This document shows, piece by piece, positions 36,483 through 49,638 of a stretch of DNA of 64,000 nt (position 1 is the first letter of the stretch; the number at the start of each line of letters is the position of its first letter). The notes under the pieces were generated by a model that saw only the letters and a list, made by a program, of their open reading frames with translations, made no database searches and was not told where the DNA came from. Origin of the DNA: an uncultured Actinomycetota bacterium (GTDB lineage: Bacteria; Actinomycetota; Actinomycetes; Propionibacteriales; Nocardioidaceae); the NCBI GenBank assembly GCA_963765915.1, contig CAVXYB010000002.1, positions 27,026 through 91,025 on the forward strand. Reading direction: 5' to 3'. The position numbers were made by a program, and so were the translations under genes.

Positions 36483-38339
36483 TCAGCCCACAGAGCGGAG
36501 CGCCTCCGCAGCATCGATCGAGCGGGTCGCGGCGCCGCGGAACAGGATCAGGGCCAGGACCCCGGCGGCCACTGCGCACACCACCGCACCCATGAACACG
36601 GTCTGCTCCTGAGCCACGCCGGCGGCCTTCTGCAGGTCGCGGAAGGCCTTGCACATCTTCGGCTCGCCGCAGACCTCGGTGACCGTCTTGAGCCTGTCCT
36701 GCTCGGCGTAGTAGCGGCGCAGCCCGATCGTGGTGAGCGCCGAGATGCCGACCAGCATCCCGACCATGCGGGCCACCACGACCATCGCGGTCGACACCCC
36801 GTGCACGTCCGGATCGGTGCTCGCGAGGATGGCGGCGTTCACCGGCGCCAGTGCGAGCCCGAAGCCGAAGCCGCAGACGACCAGGGCGATGTTGGAGGAC
36901 GGGTCGTGCAGCGTCTCGACGTCCCACTGAGACATCAGCGCGAAGCCGACTGCCGACAGGGCCATGCCGGCCGCGGTGACCAGCCCGGCGCTACGGGTGC
37001 GGATCAGGTAGCCGCCGACGATCGCGCCGACCGGCAGTGCAACGAGGAACTTGACCAGGACGAGCGCGGCCATCAGCTGCGAGGTCCGGTAGACCGTGGT
37101 CCGGGCGAAGATCGGGATGTCGATCAGCGCGGCGATGAGCGCGGCGCCGACGAAGAAGCTGACCACGACCGCGCCCCACGCCGGCGTACGCCGGAGCGAG
37201 CCGCGCGGCACCAGGGGAGCCTCGGCCCGGCGCAGGTGCAGCACGAACGCGACGGTCGCGAGGGCGGAGCCAAGCAGGTACCAGAGCCCCTGGTCGGAGA
37301 AGACCTGCACCGACGGGTCGGCGGTCGCGAAGGCCAGGATCACCCCGCCCAGCGCCACCGCGAGGAAGAGGGCGCCGATGAGGTCGGCCTCCCGCGCGCT
37401 GCGGCCCCAGCCCCGCAGGTCGACCAGCGGCCTCGTTGCGGTGAGGCAGCGGAGCAGGAACAGGGCCAGGGCCACCATCGGCACCACGCCGACGGGGGTG
37501 AGCCAGCGCCCGTCGCCGGCGAACGGGATGAAGTACTCGCCCCAGGTCAGGTCGCGGACCAGGCTCGGGGGGCGGATGAAGACGATCGCGCCGAAGACCA
37601 GGGTGACCGCCAGCAGGGCCAGGCCGATGAGGTCGGGCAGGTATCTTGCCGGTGGTTGAGGAGGTTGCTCTGCAACCTGCGGTGGTTGAGGAGGTTGCTC
37701 AGCAACCTGCGGTGGTTGAGGAGGTTGCTCAGCAACCTGCGGTGGTTGAGGAGGTTGCTCTGCAACCGTCTCGAAACCCCGGGTGGCGCGGATGGCCGCG
37801 GCCAGCACCAGCCCGACAGCGAGGTTGATCATGAAGATGGCCGGCCAGTCGGCGACCGCCAGCACCACCGCGCCGAACAGGGGCCCGATCACGCTGCCGA
37901 GCTCCTGGACGGCCGAGACGATTCCGAGCGGTACGCCGCGGCGCTCGACCGGGTAGAGATCGGCGACCAGGGCCAGCGTGGCCGGTACCAGGCCGCCGCC
38001 GCCGACGCCCTGCAGGAACCGGCCGGTGACCATGCTCGGCAGGTCGTAGGCGAGCGCGGTGACCAGCGAGCCGACGGCAAAGACGACAAGAGCTGCCGTC
38101 AGCACCGGCAGCCGGCCGCGCAGATCGGCGATCCGCCCGATCAGCGGCAGCATGGCCACGTAGCCGAGCAGGAACCCGGAGACGATCGGGGCGGCCCGTT
38201 GGAGCTGGTCGATCGGGATCCCGGTGGCGCCCATCATCTCGGGCAGCGCGAGCACGACGACGTAGGTGTCCGCGGCGGCGAACGCGACCGCGACCGCGGC
38301 CAGGGTGAGCAGCACCCGCGGGGACCGGGCCGTCGGCAT
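36483..38339 (-). CDS. MFS (DHA2, P55/Rv1410c-like) transporter
   Basis: AADTYVVV, GRIADLRGR, GRFLQGVGGG; ~14 TM; REP-derived insert in a central loop. Confidence 0.9.
   Translation of the reverse strand: MPTARSPRVLLTLAAVAVAFAAADTYVVVLALPEMMGATGIPIDQLQRAAPIVSGFLLGYVAMLPLIGRIADLRGRLPVLTAALVVFAVGSLVTALAYDLPSMVTGRFLQGVGGGGLVPATLALVADLYPVERRGVPLGIVSAVQELGSVIGPLFGAVVLAVADWPAIFMINLAVGLVLAAAIRATRGFETVAEQPPQPPQVAEQPPQPPQVAEQPPQPPQVAEQPPQPPARYLPDLIGLALLAVTLVFGAIVFIRPPSLVRDLTWGEYFIPFAGDGRWLTPVGVVPMVALALFLLRCLTATRPLVDLRGWGRSAREADLIGALFLAVALGGVILAFATADPSVQVFSDQGLWYLLGSALATVAFVLHLRRAEAPLVPRGSLRRTPAWGAVVVSFFVGAALIAALIDIPIFARTTVYRTSQLMAALVLVKFLVALPVGAIVGGYLIRTRSAGLVTAAGMALSAVGFALMSQWDVETLHDPSSNIALVVCGFGFGLALAPVNAAILASTDPDVHGVSTAMVVVARMVGMLVGISALTTIGLRRYYAEQDRLKTVTEVCGEPKMCKAFRDLQKAAGVAQEQTVFMGAVVCAVAAGVLALILFRGAATRSIDAAEALRSVG
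37651..37778. repeat. Four 30-bp REP-derived tandem units inside the MFS gene
   Basis: GGTGGTTGAGGAGGTTGCTCWGCAACCTGC units ending in CCGTCTCGAAACC; encodes (VAEQPPQPPQ)n. Confidence 0.92.
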
Positions 38340-38359
38340 GGACTGACCGGCCTCGCCGC

Positions 38360-39100
38360 TCACGGCGCGGTGATCTCCTTCTCGATGCCGTAGTCGTCGA
38401 GGGTCAGCGTGTAGGTGACGTCGCCCTCGTCCTCGCCGTAGAAGGCGCCCTTGAGCACCGCCTCGCGCAGCTCGTCGTCGTCGCTGATCGTGTAGGTGAA
38501 GGTGAACTCGCCCTCCGCAGTCGGGATCAGTGCCTCGACCGCGTCGCTGGAGATGGTGCCGGTGTATTCGGTGAAGATCTCCTTGTTGTCCTCGCCGCCA
38601 CGGACCGAGTCACCCGCCTCCACCTCGGTGGCCGCGGCGAGGAGCCCGGAGAAGCCGCCGTCGGGATCCATCAGCTTGGCCGGGTCAGGTGCGCCGTAGT
38701 CGCCGGGGTCGATCTCGGTCCAGTCCGGGAGCAGCAGTGAGTTCTTTGCGTAGGTCTTGCCGTCGACCGCGATCACCTCGGCGTCGGCGGGGAGACCGTT
38801 GACGCTGAGCTTGAAGGTGCCTTCGAACGCCGAGGGGTGGACGCCGGTGCCCTGGGCGGAGGTGATGCCGGTGACGCCGCCAGGCAGGTCCTTGGTGGAC
38901 AGGGAGATCGATACGCCACTGGTGTCGTCGAGCGTCTCCTTCGCGGCGGCCAGGACGTCCTCCGGGCTGGCCTTGTCCTCGCCGCCCCCGCCCTTGTCCG
39001 AGTCGTCGGTGCACGCCGACAGCCCGACCGCCGCGAGACCGAGGACCAGGGGTGCCACGGCGAGCCGGAGTCGGAGGCCCGGACGGGCACGCAGGTTCAC
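38360..39100 (-). CDS. LppX/LprAFG family lipoprotein
   Basis: Lipobox LSAC; YGAPDPAKLMDPDGG; overlaps/abuts the MFS gene start. Confidence 0.82.
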   Translation of the reverse strand: MNLRARPGLRLRLAVAPLVLGLAAVGLSACTDDSDKGGGGEDKASPEDVLAAAKETLDDTSGVSISLSTKDLPGGVTGITSAQGTGVHPSAFEGTFKLSVNGLPADAEVIAVDGKTYAKNSLLLPDWTEIDPGDYGAPDPAKLMDPDGGFSGLLAAATEVEAGDSVRGGEDNKEIFTEYTGTISSDAVEALIPTAEGEFTFTYTISDDDELREAVLKGAFYGEDEGDVTYTLTLDDYGIEKEITAP

Positions 39101-39123
39101 GAGGTCAGCCTTGCACACGGTCC

Positions 39124-41604
39124 TCACGCGTCGTTCGACGAAAAGCGGGCCAGCCGGGCTCCCACGGGGCCGGCCACGGCAGCGATCGGCTGGCTGCCGG
39201 GCGTGCCGGAGCCGTCCCGCTTGCCGACCGGTTCGGGCAGGTCGATGGGTGCGCCGCTGGCGGCCGCGGCCCGGGCGGGCGCATCGCCGGCCCAGGCGGC
39301 GACCAGCGAGTCCTCGCCCTTGAGGAACCGGTGGCAGCGCACGCCGCCGGTGGCCCGGCCCTTGCTCGGGTAGTCGGCGAACGGGGTCACCTTGACCGCA
39401 CCCGGCTCGGTCCCGGGCAGTGCGGTCGACGATCCGGACGCGGTCACCACAACGGCGCCCTCCGGCTCGACGGCGCCGAACCAGGCGACGTGCTGGCCGG
39501 CGGCGAGCCGGACGCCGGCGATGCCACCGCCGGAGCGGCCCTGCGGCCGGACCGCGTCGGCGGTGAAGTGCAGCAGCTGGGCATCGGAGGTGATGAAGCA
39601 GAGCGTCTCGCTGCCGGTGGCCAGCTCGGTGGCGCCGACGACCTCGTCGCCGTCGTCGAGCCGGATCACCTCCCACTCGTCCTTGGCCAGCACCTCCGGG
39701 TTGACCCGCTTCACGGTGCCGGCGCGGGTGCCGAGCGCAAGACCGGCACCCTCGGAGGCCAGCCGGCTCAGCGCCAGCGCCTTCTCGCCGGGCTCGAGCG
39801 AGGCCAGCTCGCTGACCGGGTAGCCGCCCTGCAGGTTGGGGTCGTTGGCCGAGGCCGGGAGGGCGGGCAGGTCGAGCACGGACAGCTTGAGCAGTCGGCC
39901 GCGTGAGGTGATGAGGCCGACCTCGCCGCGGACGGTGGTCGGGACCGCCGAGAGGACGACGTCGTGGTTGGCGCGCCCGCCACCCGCGCCGACTGCCTCG
40001 TCGGAAGAAGATCGGGCCAGCAGCCCGCTCGAGGAGAGGAATGCGAAGCACGGGTCGTCGGCGACCTCGAGTGGCGCTGAGGCCGCGGTGACCGTCGTAC
40101 CGGCCGACTCGAGCAGGACCGTACGACGCGGGGTGCCGTAGGTCTTGGCCACCTCGGCGAGCTCGTCGGAGACGACCTTCCGGAGCAGTCCCTCGTCGCC
40201 GAGGATCGACTCCAGCTCCTCGATCTCGCGACGCAGCGCCTCCTGCTCCTTCTCGAGCTCGATCCGGCTGAACCGGGTGAGCCGGCCCAGCTGCATGTCG
40301 AGGATGTAGTCGGTCTGTGCCACGGACAGGTCGAAGACCGACATCAGCCGCTCGCGCGCGGCGGGACGGTCGTCGCTGGTGCGGATCACCTGGATGACCT
40401 CGTCGATGTCGAGGAGCGCGACCAGCAGGCCGTCGACGAGGTGCAGCCGGGCGGCCTTCTTGTCGCGGCGGAACGTCGAGCGGCGGCGGACCACGTCGTA
40501 CCGATGGCCGAGGAAGACGTCGAGCAGCTCCTTGAGCCCCAGGGTGCGCGGCTGGCCGTCGACGAGGCAGACGGCGTTGATGCCGAACGACTCCTCCAGC
40601 GACGTCTGCCGGTAGAGCTGCTCGAGGATCGCCTCGGGGACGAAGCCGTTCTTGACCTCGATGACCAGGCGGGTGCCGTTGGCCATGTCGGTGAGGTCCT
40701 TGAGGTCCGCGATGCCCTGGAGCTTCTTGCCCTGCACCAGCGACTTGATCCGCTCGACGACCTTCTCGATGCCGACGGCGTACGGCAGCTCGGTGACGAC
40801 GATGCCCTTGCGCCGCCCGACCGTCTCGATCCGGACCGTGGCGCGCATCCGGAACGACCCCCGGCCGGTCTCGTAGGCGTCTCGGATCCCGTCCAGCCCG
40901 ATGATCTTGCCGCCGGTCGGCAGGTCCGGACCGGGTATGAAGCGCATCAGGTCGTCGAGGGTCGCGTTCGGGTGCTTGATCAGGTGGCGGAGCGCCTGGA
41001 CGACCTCGACCAGATTGTGCGGCGCCATGTTGGTGGCCATGCCGACCGCGATGCCGGTGCTGCCGTTGACCACCAGGTTGGGGATCGCCGAGGGCAGCAC
41101 CACGGGCTCGAGCTCGCGGCTGTCGTAGTTGGGCTTGAAGTCGACGGTGTCCTCGTCGATCGAGGCGGTCATCGCTACGGCCGCGGGCGCCATCCGGCAC
41201 TCGGTGTAGCGCATCGCCGCGGGCGGGTCGTCGCCGCCGGGCGAGCCGAAGTTGCCGTGGCCGTCGACCATGGGCACCCGCATGGCCCACGGCTGGGCCA
41301 GGCGCACCAGGGCGTCGTAGATGGCGCCGTCGCCATGCGGGTGCAGCCGACCCATGACCTCGCCGACCACGCGCGCGCTCTTGATGTGGCCGCGGTCGGG
41401 CAGCAGCCGCATGTCGTTCATCGTGTAGAGAATCCGGCGCTGCACCGGCTTGAGGCCGTCGCGGGCGTCCGGGAGGGCGCGTGAGTAGATGACCGAGTAG
41501 GCGTACTCCAGGAACGAGGCCCGCATCTCGTCCCCGACGTCGATGTCGAGGATGCGCTCCTCGAAGTCGTCAGAGAGGTCCTGCTTGGTTGTACGCCGCG
41601 CCAT
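39124..41604 (-). CDS. parC: DNA topoisomerase IV subunit A (GyrA-like)
   Basis: [43 protein letters not shown]. Confidence 0.92.
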   Translation of the reverse strand: MARRTTKQDLSDDFEERILDIDVGDEMRASFLEYAYSVIYSRALPDARDGLKPVQRRILYTMNDMRLLPDRGHIKSARVVGEVMGRLHPHGDGAIYDALVRLAQPWAMRVPMVDGHGNFGSPGGDDPPAAMRYTECRMAPAAVAMTASIDEDTVDFKPNYDSRELEPVVLPSAIPNLVVNGSTGIAVGMATNMAPHNLVEVVQALRHLIKHPNATLDDLMRFIPGPDLPTGGKIIGLDGIRDAYETGRGSFRMRATVRIETVGRRKGIVVTELPYAVGIEKVVERIKSLVQGKKLQGIADLKDLTDMANGTRLVIEVKNGFVPEAILEQLYRQTSLEESFGINAVCLVDGQPRTLGLKELLDVFLGHRYDVVRRRSTFRRDKKAARLHLVDGLLVALLDIDEVIQVIRTSDDRPAARERLMSVFDLSVAQTDYILDMQLGRLTRFSRIELEKEQEALRREIEELESILGDEGLLRKVVSDELAEVAKTYGTPRRTVLLESAGTTVTAASAPLEVADDPCFAFLSSSGLLARSSSDEAVGAGGGRANHDVVLSAVPTTVRGEVGLITSRGRLLKLSVLDLPALPASANDPNLQGGYPVSELASLEPGEKALALSRLASEGAGLALGTRAGTVKRVNPEVLAKDEWEVIRLDDGDEVVGATELATGSETLCFITSDAQLLHFTADAVRPQGRSGGGIAGVRLAAGQHVAWFGAVEPEGAVVVTASGSSTALPGTEPGAVKVTPFADYPSKGRATGGVRCHRFLKGEDSLVAAWAGDAPARAAAASGAPIDLPEPVGKRDGSGTPGSQPIAAVAGPVGARLARFSSNDA

Positions 41605-41652
41605 GGCCCCATCCTCTCCCGTCTCCGGTGGGGATCCGGCGGGGGCACGCCG

Positions 41653-42011
41653 CCGGTCCGTCGGTGGTTGAGGAGGTTGCGCAGCAACCGGTCCGTCGGT
41701 GGTTGAGGAGGTTGCGCAGCAACCGGTCCGTCGGTGGTTGAGGAGGTTGTGCAGCAACCGGTCCGTCGGTGGTTGAGGAGGTTGCGCAGCAACCGGTCCG
41801 TCGGTGGTTGAGGAGGTTGCGCAGCAACCGTCTCGAAACCAGGTGAGCTGGGGCTGGGAATCGACCATGGCTGAGTCCCAGCCCAGGTTGCGGTGGTTTC
41901 GAGACGGTCGCAGAACGACCTCCTCAACCACCGACGAGACGGTCGCAGAACGACCTCCTCGACCACCGACGAGACGGTCGCAGAACGACCTCCTCAACCA
42001 CCGACGAGACG
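41653..42011. repeat. REPIN with tandemly amplified arms (five 35-bp units; three inverted 35-bp units)
   Basis: (CCGGTCCGTCGGTGGTTGAGGAGGTTGYGCAGCAA)x5, CCGTCTCGAAACC, hairpin spacer, then (CGAGACGGTCGCAGAACGACCTCCTCRACCACCGA)x3. Confidence 0.92.
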
Positions 42012-42068
42012 CCCACCGATGAGCTGTACGGCGCTCAACTGTGGGGTTTTCCTGTGTACGTTGGCCGG

Positions 42069-44786
<2,718 letters not shown>

Positions 44787-44828
44787 CGCCAGGGTCCCGG
44801 TCTGCGGCCGCGTGGGAGACTCGCTGGC

Positions 44829-45428
44829 ATGCCCCTGCGCACCACCGACGACCGCACGGATGACGCCGACCGCAACGTCGAGCTGCGGGACGCGATCGAC
44901 CGCACCGGCTACTACCCCGAGGTGGTCGCCGACAGCGTCTCGTCGGCGGTCTCGGGTGAGCGGGTGGTGTCGTTCTACGTCCACCACGAGCCGACGTTCG
45001 ACCGCGAAGAGGTGCGCCGCCACCTCTCCGTCATGGTGCTCACCCCGAGCCGGCTGATCATCGTGCACACCGACGAGCACGCCGGGGACGACCTGCTCCC
45101 GGAGCCCTACACCTCTACCTCGTCGGAGGCGATCCGGCTGAGCTCGGTGACCTCGGTGGTCGTCACCAGGATGGTGACCAACCCGACCAGCGGCCCGACA
45201 CCGCCGGCGGAGGCCGTGATCACCCTGGGCTGGGGCGGCGTCAGCCGGGTGGACCTCGAGCCAGCGGCGTGCGAGGACCCGCAGTGCGAGGCCGACCACG
45301 GCTACACGGGCGTCCTGGCCTCCGATGACTTCTCCCTGCGGGTTTCTGCCGCCGCAGACGGACAGGACGCCGTGGCCCGGCTGCTGTCCTTCGCAGAGCA
45401 GCTCTCGGCCCGCACCCACGCCGCGTGA
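44829..45428 (+). CDS. DUF5998 family protein
   Basis: GYYPEVV, EVRRHL, DLEPAACEDPQCEADHGYTG. Confidence 0.85.
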   Translation: MPLRTTDDRTDDADRNVELRDAIDRTGYYPEVVADSVSSAVSGERVVSFYVHHEPTFDREEVRRHLSVMVLTPSRLIIVHTDEHAGDDLLPEPYTSTSSEAIRLSSVTSVVVTRMVTNPTSGPTPPAEAVITLGWGGVSRVDLEPAACEDPQCEADHGYTGVLASDDFSLRVSAAADGQDAVARLLSFAEQLSARTHAA

Positions 45429-46555
45429 CCTGGCCCGAGGGCCGGTTCGTCGAACCGGCCTACGGCCACCGCGCACTGGGCGATGTCGTCCCGGCTGTCG
45501 GTCGCGCCCTCGGCACCGACGTGCTGCCCGCCCCGACGGGGCTGGTGCTGCCCGAGGCGCAGGCGTACGTCGTCTTCCTCGTCGACGGACTCGGCTCCCG
45601 GCTGCTCGAGCGGTACGGCCGGACGGCGCCGTACCTCTCGTCGCTGACCGCCGGCAAAGAGCCCGGCACCGCCGGCGTGCCGTCGACCACCGCGACCAGC
45701 CTCACCTCGCTCGGGACGGGGCTGCCGCCGGGCGCGCACGGGCTGGTCGGCTTCACCAGCCGGGTGCCGGGCACCGACCGGCTGCTCAACGCGCTGTTCT
45801 GGGACAAGCAGGTCGACCCGTTGGAGTGGCAGCCGCACCCGACGGCCTTCACCCAGCTGACCAGGGCCGGCGTGCGGGTCGACGTGGTCAACAAGCGCGA
45901 GTTCGACCGCAGCGGCCTGACCATCGCCGCCCACCGCGGGGCCGGCTACATCGGCGCGGACCGGATCGGCGAGCGGATCGCGGGTGCGGTGGCGGGATCG
46001 GCGCATCGGCCGTCGCTCACCTACCTCTACGACGGCGACCTCGACTGGACCGGTCACAAGTACGGCGTCAACTCGCCGCAGTGGCTGCAGCAGCTCGCCG
46101 CGATCGACGCCGAGGCCCACCAGCTCCGCGAGGCGCTGCCGGACGAGGTGCGGCTGGTGGTCGTGGCCGACCACGGCATGGTCGACTCGCCGGCCGGCCG
46201 CCGGATCGACGTCGACAACCACCCCGAGCTGCGCGACGGGATGGTGCTGCTCGGCGGCGAGGCGCGGTTCCGCCACCTCTACTGCGCCGACGGCGCGGCC
46301 CCCGACGTCGCCGCGACCTGGGCCGGTTTCCTCGGTGACCGGGCCGAGGTGCTGACCCGGGAGAGCGCCATCGGGCGCGGCTGGTTCGGGAGCGTCGAGG
46401 AGCGGGTGCTGCCCCGGCTCGGCGACGTGGTGGTCGCGGCGCGCGACGACGTCGGGGTCTTCTCGAGCAAGGACTTCGGCTACGAGATGAGCCTGGTCGG
46501 CCTGCACGGCTCGCTCACGGCAGACGAGATGCTGATCCCCATCCTGGTGGGGTAG
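45425..46555 (+). CDS. Alkaline phosphatase/NPP superfamily protein
   Basis: LVDGLG, PSTT, DWTGH, VADHGM, GLHGSLT. Confidence 0.88.
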   Translation: MTWPEGRFVEPAYGHRALGDVVPAVGRALGTDVLPAPTGLVLPEAQAYVVFLVDGLGSRLLERYGRTAPYLSSLTAGKEPGTAGVPSTTATSLTSLGTGLPPGAHGLVGFTSRVPGTDRLLNALFWDKQVDPLEWQPHPTAFTQLTRAGVRVDVVNKREFDRSGLTIAAHRGAGYIGADRIGERIAGAVAGSAHRPSLTYLYDGDLDWTGHKYGVNSPQWLQQLAAIDAEAHQLREALPDEVRLVVVADHGMVDSPAGRRIDVDNHPELRDGMVLLGGEARFRHLYCADGAAPDVAATWAGFLGDRAEVLTRESAIGRGWFGSVEERVLPRLGDVVVAARDDVGVFSSKDFGYEMSLVGLHGSLTADEMLIPILVG

Positions 46556-46574
46556 CCCAGGCCGCGACTTGCGT

Positions 46575-46721
46575 GGTTTCGAGACGGTTGCTGCACAACC
46601 TCCTCAACCACCGTTCGAGACGGTTGCTGCACAACCTCCTCAACCACCGTTCGAGACGGTTGCTGCACAACCTCCTCAACCACCGTTCGAGACGGTTGCT
46701 GCACAACCTCCTCAACCACCG
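46575..46721. repeat. Four identical 36-bp REP tandem units
   Basis: (TTCGAGACGGTTGCTGCACAACCTCCTCAACCACCG)x4 with no spacers, between convergent genes. Confidence 0.92.
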
Positions 46722-46728
46722 TGGGGAC

Positions 46729-48213
46729 TCACTCGGGCTGGTTGCCGTGCTTCCCGCCGATCCGGTACGACGACTCCACGCCCGTGTACATCAGGTGGGC
46801 GACCAGCCCCTCCGCCGCATGCACCAGCTGGTGGCAGTGGTCCATCCAGATGCCGGGGTTGTCGGCCACGAACGCGATCTCGAAGGTCTCGCCGTCCTTG
46901 ACTTCCAGGGAGTCCACCCACCAGGGACTGCCCGTGGCCGGGACGCCGTCGCGGGAGAGCACGACCGCGTGGTGCCCGTGCAGGTGCATCGGATGGTTCT
47001 CACCGCTGCCGTTGTCGATGTCGAACACGACGACGTCGCCCTCGCTGACCATGTACATCGGGACGTCGGGGAACAGGTGGCCGTTCACCGTCCAGAACAG
47101 GCCGGGCCGGCCGTCCAGGAAGCCGGGGCGCCTGCCGATCCGGTAGCCGAACCGCCGGTCCGGCCCGGCGGAGTCGAAGCCGATCTCGGCAGGCTCGCCA
47201 TAGGCCAGGAGGTCCACCGCCTCCTTCGGCGCCCGAGGCTCGTCCCCCTCGGCCGGGTCGTCGCCGAACACGAGCGCGGTGGAGCCGCCGAAGTCGACCC
47301 GGATCCCGTCCTCGGGCACCACGAAACCGAGGTCGACGCGACCGCCGGCCGGCAGGCCGTACTTCTCGCCGTCGATCTCCCCGGGCTCGTTCACGTCCCT
47401 GGCGTCGACGGCGAGCACCCGGTAGGGCGCCCCGGTGACCCACAGCGACGCAAGACCGTTGTCGGTGTTCACGACCCGGAGCCGCACGGCCTGGCCGGGT
47501 TCGGCATCGACGGTCGTCGTGCCTTCCTCGCCGTTGAGCGTCGCCCCGTCGGAGTACCGGTGCAGCACGGCGAGCGCCTCCTGGGTCTCCTGGTCCGACA
47601 CCTCGGGACGGATCACGAGGGCACCGAGAAGTCCGCGGCGCACCTGCTCGTGGGAGATCTGGTGCGAGTGGTACCAGTAGGTGCCCGCGTCCTCGGCCAC
47701 GAAGCGGTAGACGTGCTCCTTGCCCTCGAGCACCGCATCCTGGGTGACCCCGGCGACGCCGTCCTCCGCGTTCGGGACGTCGACCCCGTGCCAGTGCAGC
47801 GTGATGCCGTCGTCGACGTTGTCGTTGACCAGGGTCACCTCGACCAGGTCGCCGACGGTGGCTTCCAGGGTCGGTCCGGGGGAGGTGCCGTTGACGGCGT
47901 AGTGGTCGTTCTCAACGTGGACGGTGAGGGTCTCGCGTACGTCGGCGGGCCGATCCGGATCGGCAACCAGGTCCTTGACCGGCGTGCCGTGGCCCATGCC
48001 GTGGTGCTCGTCCTGGGGGCCACCGCCCCAGTCGACGTACCCCATCTCCGCCATGTCGTAGCTGTCCGGCAGCAGGCTGGACTGCCACATCCAGCCCAGG
48101 GGAAGCAGGATCGCGAGCGTGGCGGTGAGCGCCAGCAGCAGCCGCAGGCGGGCGCGCACGAACGCCCACGTCCGGGCCCGCAGGTCGGCCCGAGGGGTGC
48201 TGCTCTCCGTCAC
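46729..48213 (-). CDS. Multicopper oxidase
   Basis: HWHG, YWYHSH, HPMHLHGH, HCHQLVH copper motifs; N-terminal TM. Confidence 0.93.
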   Translation of the reverse strand: MTESSTPRADLRARTWAFVRARLRLLLALTATLAILLPLGWMWQSSLLPDSYDMAEMGYVDWGGGPQDEHHGMGHGTPVKDLVADPDRPADVRETLTVHVENDHYAVNGTSPGPTLEATVGDLVEVTLVNDNVDDGITLHWHGVDVPNAEDGVAGVTQDAVLEGKEHVYRFVAEDAGTYWYHSHQISHEQVRRGLLGALVIRPEVSDQETQEALAVLHRYSDGATLNGEEGTTTVDAEPGQAVRLRVVNTDNGLASLWVTGAPYRVLAVDARDVNEPGEIDGEKYGLPAGGRVDLGFVVPEDGIRVDFGGSTALVFGDDPAEGDEPRAPKEAVDLLAYGEPAEIGFDSAGPDRRFGYRIGRRPGFLDGRPGLFWTVNGHLFPDVPMYMVSEGDVVVFDIDNGSGENHPMHLHGHHAVVLSRDGVPATGSPWWVDSLEVKDGETFEIAFVADNPGIWMDHCHQLVHAAEGLVAHLMYTGVESSYRIGGKHGNQPE

Positions 48214-48216
48214 CCG

Positions 48217-48687
48217 TCAGGTGGCCACAGAGGTGTGGTCGGCGGCGACCGCCGGCGTCGAGGCCCTTTGTGCGGCCATGATCGCGACGCCCATCATCAC
48301 CAGCGCGTTGATCCCGTGCAGCGCCCCGAAGCCCGACCCGACCTGGCGGGAGAGCTCCGGCAGCACGAAGACCTGCAGGATCACCAGGACGAAGATGGTC
48401 GCGGCCAGCATGACTCCCTTGGGGACCTTGGCGAAGAAGGACACGATCAGCAGCACCAGCGAGGACAACGGGATCAGGACAAGCCCGACGAAGAACATGT
48501 GGATGGCGAAGCCTGTCTCGGAGGTACCGATGGACTCACAGTCCTCGGTGCAGTCGAGGAGCTCCTCGTCCAGGACGCCGCCGTCGGTGATCCAGTTGCT
48601 CAGCCCGAAGAAGGCCCAGGCGATGGCACCCGCCTGGACGACGACGAGCACGGCGATGGCTAACGCCAGGAATCGATAAGCCTTCAC
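48217..48687 (-). CDS. Four-TM membrane protein
   Basis: Four hydrophobic helices with membrane His residues (FAIH, ALHGINA); co-oriented with the oxidase. Confidence 0.75.
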   Translation of the reverse strand: MKAYRFLALAIAVLVVVQAGAIAWAFFGLSNWITDGGVLDEELLDCTEDCESIGTSETGFAIHMFFVGLVLIPLSSLVLLIVSFFAKVPKGVMLAATIFVLVILQVFVLPELSRQVGSGFGALHGINALVMMGVAIMAAQRASTPAVAADHTSVAT

Positions 48688-48829
48688 GGTTTCCCCCTGT
48701 CGATGCGGTGTCGGAGCGGCGCCCCCAAAGCGTCACCCGCGAGTGTCACTGACGCAGAAGCATCCGCCGAGACGGCGCGCCGGGCAATGGCTTTCCCGGA
48801 CCAGGTTGTGACTAGATCTGCTTGACGCG

Positions 48830-49489
48830 TCAACCGAACGGCAGCGGCTCGGCCGCGAGGGAGACCGCATGAGCGCGCGCAGCGGTCATCCGGCGGCGGT
48901 GGTGCTGGCGGCACAGGACCTCGTAGGCGACCTCGGGCACGGCGGCTTCGCGCTGGCCCGGATCGACGTCGCCGACCACGATCACCTCTCCCTCGACGAC
49001 CATGACGCCGTCCTCGGTGCGGGCGTTGTGGGTGGCCCGCTTGCCGCACCAGCAGAGCGCCTCGACCTGGAGCACGTGGGTGCGGTCGGCGAGCTCGACG
49101 AGGCGGCAGCTGCCCGGGAAGAGCTCGCTGCGGAAGTCGGTGAGGATGCCGAAGGCGAACACCTCGATCTGGAGCTCGTCGACCACCTTGGCCAGCTGGT
49201 CGACCTGGTCACGGGAGTAGAACTGGGCCTCGTCGCAGATCAGGTAGTCGATCCGGGCGCCCCGGGTGAGCTCGTCGACGACGTACCGCCAGAAGTGGAA
49301 CCGCTCGTCCACCTCGATCGCTTCGTGCTGGAGGCCCAGCCGACTCGACAGCAGGGCGGTGCCGGCCCGGTCCTGGCTGACGAAGATCCGGCCGACCAGC
49401 CCGCGGGCAACCCGGTTGTGGTTGGTCTGGAGCGCCAGGGTGCTCTTGCCCGAGTCCATCGTCCCGGTGAAGAACTGGAGTTCCGCCAC
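48830..49489 (-). CDS. tdk: Thymidine kinase
   Basis: GTMDSGKST, SSRLG, DEAQF, TDFR..LFPGS, CWCG, YEVLCRQH. Confidence 0.93.
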   Translation of the reverse strand: MAELQFFTGTMDSGKSTLALQTNHNRVARGLVGRIFVSQDRAGTALLSSRLGLQHEAIEVDERFHFWRYVVDELTRGARIDYLICDEAQFYSRDQVDQLAKVVDELQIEVFAFGILTDFRSELFPGSCRLVELADRTHVLQVEALCWCGKRATHNARTEDGVMVVEGEVIVVGDVDPGQREAAVPEVAYEVLCRQHHRRRMTAARAHAVSLAAEPLPFG

Positions 49490-49638
49490 GCCGCGAATCC
49501 TGTCACGAACTGGTCGCGTGTCCCCGGGAGGCAAACGGCCCGTCGATGAGACGGCTGAGGACCGACCCCTTAGTGTTGGAGGTACCGAGACCCGGACCCC
49601 GTCTCGCGCTTGCGTGGGTTCCATTACCAGGAGGCACG

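Noticed and set aside
41653-42011. 35-bp arrays as CRISPR, or as an N-terminal extension of ParC (ORF to 41997)
   Set aside because: No unique spacers; the extension is translated REP sequence, and ParC plausibly starts at ATG 41604 after a GGAGAGGA RBS.
46575-46721. 36-bp repeats resembling a CRISPR array
   Set aside because: Units are head to tail with no spacers, no cas genes are nearby, and the sequence is the dispersed REP arm.
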